From: Xylographa opegraphella | Taxonomy: Eukaryota | DNA length: 64,000 nucleotides | Reading direction: 5' to 3' | Assembly (NCBI GenBank): GCA_022813865.1 | Contig: JALDZX010000013.1 | Coordinates: 372,001-436,000 of the forward strand | In this document: positions 12,415 through 22,347 of the stretch, one piece after another | Numbering within the stretch: position 1 is the stretch's first letter | Layout: every line of letters begins with the position of its first letter | Made by a program: the position numbers and the translations under genes | The notes under the pieces: generated by a model | Told to the model about the DNA's origin: nothing | The model's input: the letters and a program-made list of their open reading frames with translations, nothing else | The model's database searches: none

Positions 12415-13606
12415 ATGCAGCCCTTCATCGCCGTGCCAGCAGTCGCGCTCCTCGTCTTCCGTGCCTACCGAAGCAAATCCCTCACGCCGGCTGGGATCGT
12501 AACGGCCACGGTCACCGCCGTCGTGCACGCCCTGCATCCGTGGAGCGTGTTCTTCGCCCTGCTCGTGGTGTTCTTCATCGGGGGTACCAGGGTCACGAAG
12601 GTGCAGAGCCCGTCGCCCTCCCTCACTCGTCTGATGCCCTTGCCCGCTTACCGTGCGCCAAGGTGAAACACGATGTCAAAGCCCGGCTGACACATTCCTC
12701 AACCGGCGCCTCCGGCGGCGAAGGCCCGCGCTCGTCCGTCCAGGTCCTCGCGAACTCGGGCATGGCCTCCCTGCTCGTGTGCCTCCACTACCGACAGCTC
12801 CTCGTGCGAGGCCACGCCGGAGATGCGGGCCAGACGTGTTGGCCGTACGGGGGGGATTTGCTCGTGGTTGGGATCGTTGGGTAGAGCCCCCTCTGGCCAA
12901 ACTTGTACTCGACATTGCCGATTGACTGGAATCTAGCAACTACGCCGCCGTAGCGGCCGACACCTTCTCCTCCGAGCTGGGCATCCTTTCCAAGAGCAAG
13001 CCTAGGCTCATCACTTCGTGGAACCTGCGCGAAGTACCGCCAGGCACAAACGGCGGCGTCTCACTGGTAGGGACCTTAGCCGGGTATCTAGGTGCCTTCA
13101 CGATCGCTGTGACTTCCGCTCTCTTGCTGCCATTCTGTTGGCCCGGTAGCAATTTCACTGGTGCCAAGCTTTTCCGCGATGCACGGTCTGGATTACAAGG
13201 CGGAAGGGAGTGGGGAGTGCAAGAGATTTTGCTCTGGGTAGCTGCGGTGACTATATGGGGTGGTCTCGGAAGCTTGTTGGATAGCTTCCTGGGAGGCTGG
13301 CTACAAGCGAGCGTCGTTGATGCAAGGACAGGCAAGGTCATTGAAGGGAGTGGAGGTTCGATGGTAGGCCTCCACATTAGTGACACATGCAGGGATGAAT
13401 ATCAACTGACGAGCGCTTTGATGTAGGTGCCCGTGCATTCTCCGCACAGCAAGAAGGACGATGGCAATGCGAGCAGGATGGTGGAGTCAGGGCTAGGGAT
13501 ACTGGATAATAACGGTGTGAACATCAGTATGGCGATAACTATGAGTATTGGGGGTATGATTGCTGCAAGCTATATATGGGATGTGCCTCTGAGCAGTATC
13601 TTTTAG
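12415..13606 (+). CDS. DUF92 / TMEM19-family integral membrane protein (4 exons)
   Basis: SLTPAGIVTA...TKVKHDVKARL...GPRSSVQVLANSG, NYAAVAADTFSSELG, PPGTNGGVS, LGSLLDSFLGGWLQAS and ILDNNGVN motifs across spliced exons. Confidence 0.9.
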
Positions 13607-14132
13607 TCGGAAACATATTTCGAGATATTGCGAGACTCTCCGTAGTATTTCTGTTGGAGACGACCGCCGTGATACAATGCAGTGAGTTACAGAGCAGAAT
13701 ATTAAATGGAGAGGGCTCAATTGAAGCTTTGCGAAATATATAGACCAAGGTTAGCAATTTCGTTGACCGGTTTAGCCATATAGCAGCGTTCGCGAGCACT
13801 TTGTTTTAGCTGAAGATCGCACTGTCGAAACACGGCACTTCTGCAGCTGGCAATCGGAACCAGATCCGAGCCGGTGAGCACTGTTGTACCTTTCCATGGC
13901 CTTGATATCGCCTGAAGTCTGATTTCTCGCGATTGTTGGCTCAATGCCCTGCCCGATTCCAAGCTCAAGCAGCAACTACCGGTGCGAGTAACGACCAGCA
14001 TAACGCGGGCTGCCGCCTCTCACTATATTGTGCTTCGCTGGCTTTGTCGTCCATTCAAGTGCTCGATCAACGATTACACACATGAAAATGTAATAAATTG
14101 AACACTAAATATTGGCTAACATCGTATAGTCA

Positions 14133-15933
14133 TCATGCGTCCGTAAGCAAATTCTCGATATCCAAATTTCGCAGGACGTTTACATAGAATGCTGTAGCTT
14201 GGCTCTCCTCGGTTTCTTGGTTATCTTCATCCGGGCGTAGTTCCAGACACGTCAATACCGCTTTTGCGTATGCTTTACCCATAGTATGGGATAGATTGTG
14301 TTTCGCAGCCTCAGTGAAGTACTCTACATTCATCCTGCGATTAAGTGCTGGAACTTTTCCGGTCCGCTTCTGGACTTTAGCTCGAGAGTCTTCCCATATG
14401 TCCGACAGGGTCCGCCACAGACCGATTTCTAGAAGCACTAACCCCAGAGCGTAGATATCATGGCGCTTCGTGAACGTCACTAAAGGAGGACCTTGCCGTT
14501 CCGGGTGCCGATAGAGGTTCTTTATTGCATCGTCGTCCCATGTGGCTTCCGTTTCGGCTGTCTCAAGGCGCGAATACTCGAAACCGATCAGATATGGTTC
14601 CGTGAAGCCAGAACTGGCTCCGCTAGAAGGAAAGAATATGAAATTATGACTGCGAATGCTTTTATGCACCCATCCGTCAGCATGCAGAGTACCGATAGTA
14701 GTGGCGATGGTATGAGCAATTAAGAAGCGGACGGGTAGGGAGAGGCGCGCAGAGGGCTCGGAGGAAGATATCAATTCATACAAAGAGGTGGGCGTGGTTT
14801 CGCTGGCTGATTTGGGAAAATTGTATATAAAGGCATAGCGGCGACGCCCATCTGTTATGTCTTGACGAAGATACCCTTTCAAGGGAAGGGTATGTAGGTT
14901 GGTTTGATCGGCTGATGCAAGCATGCTTGCAAGCTGATGAACTTGTGTTTCATCAAAACTTTGGACATCTTGAAGCGTCTGTGCCTCTTCACCATCGACC
15001 TCGTTTGACGCGTATTCTTTCAGCTCGACGAGAACTGGTTGCCGCTGCGCCTTCCCAGTATTACAGATCGTCAGCTCGCTTATCGATATCGTGGCCAGTG
15101 ACTGTGATTGCTCAATGGGCTCGATGGCTGCCACGTCTTCTAGATTGTAATCCTTGTCATCCAGTTCTGGCCTCTCTGCAAGTTCCCTAATGCGAAAATG
15201 AGGTTCGAGCTCGAGTTTCTGGACATTGATATTGGTTCGTGATGCTGTCGATGCTGACGCGGACGCCGGCAATTGCTCACTGGATCGCTGCGTATAGAGC
15301 TGGGGTGCCAACACGATTCCTCCAAACATAAGCGCGAATCCCTTCAAATACCCATTCCACTTTTGAAACTCTTGTAGGGTCTTTTCAAATTTCCTTCGAT
15401 CGGAGACTGCCCATTTGATTGCCTTTGTCTGAGAATATAATCGTGTAAGAAGGGCGTTTTTGGTGGGAGTCAGCCATGAATTGGACTCCGATGGTGATTC
15501 AACTGCAAGTAATAAAGCCTCCTCTGCCTTCATAGAGTCTCCCTCCGCATGGAGTCGTGGTGACCAGTCCTTATAGGCATCATCTTGTGCAGCAGCTAAT
15601 CTCGCATAATATCTGAATGCATCTTCCAGCTTGTTAAGATCATAGCCAACGCAGTTGAGTAATTCCTGAAGCACGTATTAGAGTAATAGAAGCCATCTTC
15701 AAACCTTAGCAGCCGCTTACGTTTCCTAGAAGGTTTCTGCTTTCTTCGGATGCTAAGAACTGGTTGCCAAAAGCTTGTAGAAAGACTATTTCATGGTAGA
15801 ATTGGACATGGATGTCGTGGCTTTCGATCAATGCCGCCTTCGCAGACTGTATCAACTTGTATAGAGCTCGAGATAGCAAGAATACTTCTTTACAAGTGGC
15901 ATATACTGCAAGGCCAAGACCGGCTGCTTCCAT
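14133..15933 (-). CDS. HeLo-like N-terminal domain plus C-terminal kinase-like (pseudokinase) protein, ~581 aa
   Basis: Exon 1 is 15933-15721, with a GTAAGC..CAG intron at 15720-15666. Hydrophobic N-helix MEAAGLGLAVYATC and HeLo-like IKWAVSDRRKFEKTLQEFQKWNGYL. Kinase-fold motifs HKSIRSHN, LIGFEYSR, YRHPERQ and DIYALGLVLLEIGLW. Confidence 0.8.
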
Positions 15934-16466
15934 GGTTATTGATGGGTAAAACGCTTGCTCAAGCTTGAGGCAGAGGAAGCAACATAATGTTCAGCGGAGG
16001 CCTTCACAGCCACATGCTAGGCCAATAGACACGGGGAAAGTTATCGAATCGCCGCATTATTGCCATGACTTCCAGTATGTCTGAACAATAGATTGCCGAG
16101 CGTGCAAGGCATAGTCGTTGAAGGCTAGATTGTATATTTCTAAGGTAGTTGGACGGTCCGCGCTCAGTGGCTTGCCGCTTGCTTTTAGTCCTTGAGCCTC
16201 AGCACTCTCTACTCATGAGCCTTGGGATGTTCTTCCACCACAGCGGGATTCCTTCCGTGGCTGTACCTGAACTCATACCAACCATGTTAACTGTTTGCTA
16301 CCGCCGAGAAGTTAGAAATGTGCAGGCATATATAATGCAATGGGTGCCAACCATCTCTACTAAGCTGCGACCCACGGCAGTTGTCAGTTAATTGTTTTGT
16401 CGACAGGTATTTGTGGTTATATATTCCAAAATGTATTTTTGAGTAGTGATTACACCGTGTTTGAGC

Positions 16467-18467
16467 ATGGACCGTACTCCTAACGTCCTCGAACGATGGT
16501 CGACAAAGCTTCGAGCAGTTTTCGGTGGCCAGACCCCTCTGGATACCAGCCGAGATCTCGAACCCCGGAAGGAGATATCTCCAATTCCGGGAGCCTTCGA
16601 CGCGAGCCAGCATTCAGTTCTTCCAATAGCGAAGCCTGTGGTCAAGCCCAGATCGCCATGGCCCGACAATTCTGGGCAGATCTCCATCCGAAAATTTGAT
16701 CATGGTACACCGCTACCTCTCGAAGAAACCGGGGTCTATCTCGGACGGGGTGCGTATGGGCGGGTGGATAAAGTGGTTTGTAATGGTGAACAATTGGCCA
16801 GGAAAACGATTGATCTGGAATCGCATGCTCAGAAACTGCGGGAGGTCTCGATCCTGAAAAAACTGTCACACCAGCATATAATCAAGATCGTTGGCGCGTA
16901 CAACCAGGACAACATGCTTGGTATACTTCTACAACCAGTTGCGTCGTGTAACCTGAAAGAGTTTTTTTGGGAAGTTGGAGGCGGTCGCCAAGAAGGCGAA
17001 ACATCTGCTCGGAGTGAAAAGATACGTACTGAGCTGGAGTTGGCGTCGTACCCAGCTGGAGGGACATCAGGATACAATGCCACGAAAGCCAGAATTCGTC
17101 TCCGACGTATGTTTGGGTGCTTGGCAAACGCCCTGGAATATATCCACGGAAGCGGAATGATTGCGTACAAGGACTTGAAACCAGAGAATATTCTCGTTAC
17201 CCATGACAAAGTCTACTTTACAGATTTCGGCACCAGTCACGACCTCTCAGAAGTGATTCGTAATGAAGGTACGAGCCATACCGCCGGCGATCAGACTGGG
17301 ACTCAGCGCTATTATGCCCCTGAGACCGATTCCTTGAGACATGGCCGGGAGGTGGATGTTTTCTCTCTTGGGTGCGTTTTCCTTGAGATGCTTACCGTTC
17401 TGAACGGCTTCACCTTATTGGAAAGTGACAAATACATAACCGCCAATCGCCCTCGCTTGTACAGACTACGTTATTGTAATGATCTACCCAGCGCTATCAA
17501 GTGGCTCCAGAATGTGCGCAAAACTCACGGAGGCCACGGTCGTCGCCGTTTACTCTCTTGGAGTTGGGACTCAGACGGCATCTTTGATCTTGTGGAGAAA
17601 ATGATGAAAAAGGAAATGGCGGACCGGCCCAAAGCAGATGAGATATCGATAACTCTGATATCACTTGGAGGCAGTTGCGGTGCGTTCCATGAACCGTGTT
17701 GTGACCAGTCGCAGCAAGTCAAACGACCGGAGCCGATCACAGACTTCCAACTCATGTCTATGTTTGTTCCTAAATTCAACGCGGCTTGTGTCGCAACTTA
17801 TGTGCACAGGCAGGATATGCAGAAGTGGAACTTTGTTGAAGCACTCCTACTCGTTTGGTCAGTACCCATGGACTCAACGTGGATTTACTACATTTATGCT
17901 TGTTTCAATGTGGGAGTTATCGTGATGGCGGAAAGACTGATGAACCAATCCTCGCTATCCCCCGCGGTTTTTTTTGCTCACACATCTCATTATCTTGCCG
18001 TATGGCTGAAAGCAATGATGGACTCCCCAGTCCCACATGTTGTGAGAAACGAGACGCATGCCAATATCACCAACAGATACTGCAAATCCTCGTTTTTCTT
18101 CCAGCCATCGGCTGCTGAGCCAGAATACCACAATTTTGAGGTGATCATTCTGCTGATCGCCATGTGCATCGGATTTGCCAATGCAAAATGGGGATTCAGC
18201 CTCTGCATCTTGGCGGTATGCTGTGCGCTTTGGACAGAGCTTAACTGCTTTTTCTTCAACTCGTCCGTGGCTGAAATCAGCCAGCCGTACGTGTCTACAA
18301 ACAACACCGCCAGACTCGCACAGGAGAATGAGGAAGATAGCACTAATATTCCAATGCTTGTACTCCTGCTGGTAAACATGTGGGCAGGTTATATGAATCC
18401 GAACTGGGGAGCTATGCTTTGCCTCTTCAGTGCCTGCTGTGGAGTCGTGTTCACCGTACTTTGGTGA
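16467..18467 (+). CDS. Ser/Thr protein kinase with C-terminal multi-pass hydrophobic region
   Basis: Single ORF with LGRGAYGRV Gly-loop, ARK, YKDLKPEN, TDFG, YYAPE and DVFSLG. Several hydrophobic Cys-rich segments in the C-terminal third. Confidence 0.88.
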   Translation: MDRTPNVLERWSTKLRAVFGGQTPLDTSRDLEPRKEISPIPGAFDASQHSVLPIAKPVVKPRSPWPDNSGQISIRKFDHGTPLPLEETGVYLGRGAYGRVDKVVCNGEQLARKTIDLESHAQKLREVSILKKLSHQHIIKIVGAYNQDNMLGILLQPVASCNLKEFFWEVGGGRQEGETSARSEKIRTELELASYPAGGTSGYNATKARIRLRRMFGCLANALEYIHGSGMIAYKDLKPENILVTHDKVYFTDFGTSHDLSEVIRNEGTSHTAGDQTGTQRYYAPETDSLRHGREVDVFSLGCVFLEMLTVLNGFTLLESDKYITANRPRLYRLRYCNDLPSAIKWLQNVRKTHGGHGRRRLLSWSWDSDGIFDLVEKMMKKEMADRPKADEISITLISLGGSCGAFHEPCCDQSQQVKRPEPITDFQLMSMFVPKFNAACVATYVHRQDMQKWNFVEALLLVWSVPMDSTWIYYIYACFNVGVIVMAERLMNQSSLSPAVFFAHTSHYLAVWLKAMMDSPVPHVVRNETHANITNRYCKSSFFFQPSAAEPEYHNFEVIILLIAMCIGFANAKWGFSLCILAVCCALWTELNCFFFNSSVAEISQPYVSTNNTARLAQENEEDSTNIPMLVLLLVNMWAGYMNPNWGAMLCLFSACCGVVFTVLW

Positions 18468-18901
18468 CGGCTTCTCCTTCTTGAATTCAACAGCAGCGAG
18501 CTTCGTTCCGAAGGTGAAACGAGACTTCACTCTGAAAAGAACGGCTGGCTCTCCAAAGCCAGGCGAGCAATGAAATAAAGTATAAATACAACAACAATGA
18601 CATGGGAGTGGCCTTCGAATTCGATGTGATAAGCGCTGTCCGCTACCTATCATTGACTATCGAGTTCGGGGGCCACCTTTGTACACAAATTGCAGCTCTT
18701 TTGCTTCACTATTCCGTCACTCTGATAGGAGGTATTTGATGTATGCTTGCTATGAGTATAGTGGTTCTCATGATGAGAAGAAGAGGAACAAATATGTAAT
18801 TGCTTTATGTTGAGGAGGGAGAGACGTTATGCCGACCAGGTGTATACCTACAAATTCTGTACATTGCGGCCCTCACGAACCAGTATCTGAGCACGATCTC
18901 G

Positions 18902-20615
18902 CTAAATCCGAGGTGTCAGCACGACCTTGCAGCCTCCAAAGCCGGTGCAAGTCAGGGTTATCATCTCCTGCCACGGCTCCGGATCTCTGCTTTCCAGCGC
19001 AGAGAACTCTTGCATCAGACGAACGGTCACATATGAGGCCTCTGTGAGGGCGAGCTGTTCTGCTCTTCGGTCAGTGTTAATTCAGAAAATCCAAAACTTA
19101 AGACTGTGCGCTTACGGCCGATACAGATACGAGGGCCCCCGTTGAACGGAAGATAATTCCACCCGACCCGCAGTCCCTTCGTCTCCCCATCGTCCAGCCA
19201 TCGTTCCGGTCGGAAGAGATCCGCATCCTCGCCATAAAAATCGGTCCGGCGGTGCATTGCATAAACGTTCCATATCAGAAATTGTCCTTTGGCAATGAAG
19301 CAAGGGGATAAGCCATCCTTGCCGCCTCCAAATGGTAGCACCGTGTCGTTGAGAGCCTTCCGACTATTCATAGGGACGACTGGGTACAATCGCAGTGACT
19401 CATTTATTACCGCACGGAGATACTTCATGTCTTTGAGCGTTTCGAACGACAAATCGTCGCTGTCTAGTGCATCGACTTCGTCCCGGATGCGGGCGTATAC
19501 ATCCGGCCGCTGAGAGAGGGTGAACCAGATGTTTGAAAGTAGGGAAGCAGTCGTGTCGCGTCCGGCGAGGAGAGTGTTGAGGAGTTCGGAGCGGATTTTG
19601 ACTTTGTCTGTCGTTTGGGCAGCGAGCTCGTGTAGAATTACGTAGCGGTGGGTGGAGAAAGCAGACGCGGGCGAGGCTTTGGCATCATTTCGAGCAGCGA
19701 ACTCGTTGAGGCCTTTGTCCACGAGGCCGTCGATCCAGTCTGAGGTACTGCATCGTTAAATTCCGTCGTGCGCAAGGCAAGCTTAGGGGTGAATGAATAT
19801 CGGACTTCTGAAAGAGAGGACATACCATTGATGTATTTAATGCTCCGTTTCAGTCGTCTATCCATCCAAAAGGGAAGAAAGGCGATCCCGAGCCCCAATT
19901 GTCCCTCGCCATTGAGCGCCTTTAAGCTGTAGTTCCACGCTTTTTCGAATCCGGAACTGCTTGCCTTGTCGATCCCTGGTGCCAGGCTGCCCACGCTTTC
20001 GCCGAAGAGGAATTCCGAAGCCGTATCGAGAGTGAGGCGGAAAAAGAGCGGCTGCAGGTCCACCATCGAGCCGTCGCGCGGTATGGCCTGAACGAGATGC
20101 CCGACGTGCTTCTCGAGCAGCGCCACATCGCCAATCTGCGAGCGAACGAAGGTGGGCCGTAGCATGTTGCGCGAATGCTCCCACGCGGCCCCTTCGGTGG
20201 TGAAGATGCCTTCTCCCAGCAAAGGCGTCAGGCCCCTCTTGCGCTCCTCGCCAATGCTCCAGGTAGTGAAGTCCGTCGATAAGATCCGCTTCAGGTTTTC
20301 CGGCTCCCGGGTCACGAGGATACTTCCGCGGAAGACGGTCATCTGGAAGGTGTGGGAGCCGATGGTCTCGAAGCGCTGCTGCTCCGACTCGAGGAGCGTC
20401 CGCTTTTTGAAAGACCTGTGGGAATCGATCAGGAGCCCGACCCCGAATGTGCCGAAGCGTACGGGCCATGACGGGATGGGTGCGCAGCCGCTCGCTTTGC
20501 TGAGCCGGCGGCGGGCTTTGCCGGTGGTAAGCTCCCAGCGGATGCGGTAGATGCAGTATACACTTGACACGAGGACGAGCACTTGGAGCAACGACGGATA
20601 TGCAATCGAAATCAT
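18902..20615 (-). CDS. Cytochrome P450, CYP52-clan-like (3 exons)
   Basis: AGRDTTASLL I-helix, ESLR, PERW and heme motif FNGGPRICIG, which splices to QQLALTEASY. Confidence 0.93.
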
Positions 20616-21699
20616 GGTTGGGGCTGAAATGCTTACGCGGTATGCATTTGCTATATAAAGTACGAAAATACGACGCAGACGACAAGAATCATAATGGTAC
20701 TCTGTAGAGGGAGATAGATACGAAAAGACGCGGCACGACGACGAGGTGCTTTAGGCAGCCATCTATGTACAGTTACAGTGAGGCAGCACGATAATTGAGA
20801 CTAGGGGAACCAAGCATTCGAATTGTGTAGAAGCATTTGCTTAAATGTGGGGTTTCTGGGTCGGCAAATCCTTCCACTGTGACGCAGCGCGGTCCGCAGC
20901 AGGGATCTCCGATGCTGATTCTTGGATACTGCTTTCTGTAATAACGCAGCGGAAGTACCCACCTTACTATTGGCTGAAATGACCCGGAAAAATTATGCAA
21001 CTGTTCAGCCAGCAATTGTGGCACAGCAACTGTCGCCGGGGTATTCGAGGGCGATTGATAATAGTGCTAATTCAAAGTCTTGCAGCTGATTAGACGCATT
21101 CCAGAGATAGGCTTGCGAGCGTTCTTGCGCTATATAGATAACGGAGCCTTGTGTATGAGTTGCGTCGCATCTCCAACCATGTTTGAAGAGTGGTGTTGAT
21201 GATTTTCCAGATCGTCGACACTGCTTTACTCTAAGTTTGTTGAGTAAATGAACGATACTTGGTCATTTAATTTGTTTCCATAGGAACTTGCCGGGTCCAG
21301 GTAAACGTTGCTGAGCTGTCGAAACCCACACAGCATCAGTTCACGTAATTCCTGACCAAGCTACTACAGTCAATCCCAGATATTGACCGGCCGTTGAATA
21401 ATGTTCGCGAACAATGGGATCAAAACAGCTTCTGAAGGTAGCAGCATGTGATTGACACTCCACTTTTCAACAGTCGAAGGTGAAGTACAGTAGCAGGTAC
21501 GGTACTAACAACCGCTGTGCTCGAAGTTATCCGCACATTTTTGTTGTTTGTGGCTATGCTATATGAAGTCTGTACTCTCAAGTTCGTTATTCTTATTGAC
21601 CATGTTCATGCTCATGTGAGATTGGCCTCGCAATCAAGCTCAAGCAGATGCCAGTATCTGTGCCCAAGGATACCGCGTGATTAGGACACATTACCAGCT

Positions 21700-22015
21700 T
21701 TTGAGGATGGATGGATTGAACGTTTCAACAATACCTTGATCGAACGCTTGCGAAGTCATGGATAGAACATTTGACGATACCTGGATCGAATGTTTGCGGC
21801 GACACGGGTCCAAAATTGAAGACACCTGGCGTGAATATCTTGGAGACAGGGATAGAACATCGAAGACACCTGGATCGAATGTATGACAACATGTGGGTTG
21901 AACGTTTTGAGGATACATCATGGGTCGAACATTGGACGATAGCTGGATGGATTGTGTGCGGCGGCATGGATGGAACATTTGACGACACCTGGATGGAATG
22001 TCTTGGAGACCTGGG
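21700..22015. repeat. Degenerate ~24-nt minisatellite (consensus near TTTGACGATACCTGGATCGAACGT)
   Basis: Recurring units such as GAACATTTGACGATACCTGGATCGAATGT, GAACATCGAAGACACCTGGATCGAATGT and GAACATTTGACGACACCTGGATGGAATGT, with indels between units. Confidence 0.7.
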
Positions 22016-22274
22016 CCGCTACCGTGTGGCCAGTGATGTAATCCACGATCGGGACGTCGTCACCACCATTTGGCCATACTCGCATGGCCGTGTAGTATAA
22101 CATGCCAGCTCGGATGTGGCGTCAGCTGTATTGTATCCGTTCCTGGAGACACGGATATGGTCCACGTCGTGCAGCACGCCATCATCTTGAATATCAAATA
22201 CCCGGTCAGATGTGGAGTCACGGCATACACACCCTCTCGTGCGATCCAGCCGAACTGCCACCGCCACCGATGTG

Positions 22275-22347
22275 CTCCGTTGGAAGAGGCCTCCGTTGGA
22301 AGAGGCCTCCGTTGGAAGAGGCCTCCGTTGGAAGAGGCCTCCGTTGG
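22275..22347. repeat. Perfect 16-bp tandem repeat CTCCGTTGGAAGAGGC, 4.5 copies
   Basis: Read directly from the sequence. Confidence 0.95.

Noticed and set aside
17955..18653. 232-aa ORF antisense to the kinase tail
   Set aside because: No recognisable features; non-ATG start; best explained as a shadow ORF.
18902..20615. Secondary-metabolite cluster around the P450
   Set aside because: No PKS, NRPS, terpene synthase or other backbone enzyme in the window.
22275..22347. CRISPR-like array
   Set aside because: Units are directly adjacent with no spacers, the context is eukaryotic, and there are no cas genes.
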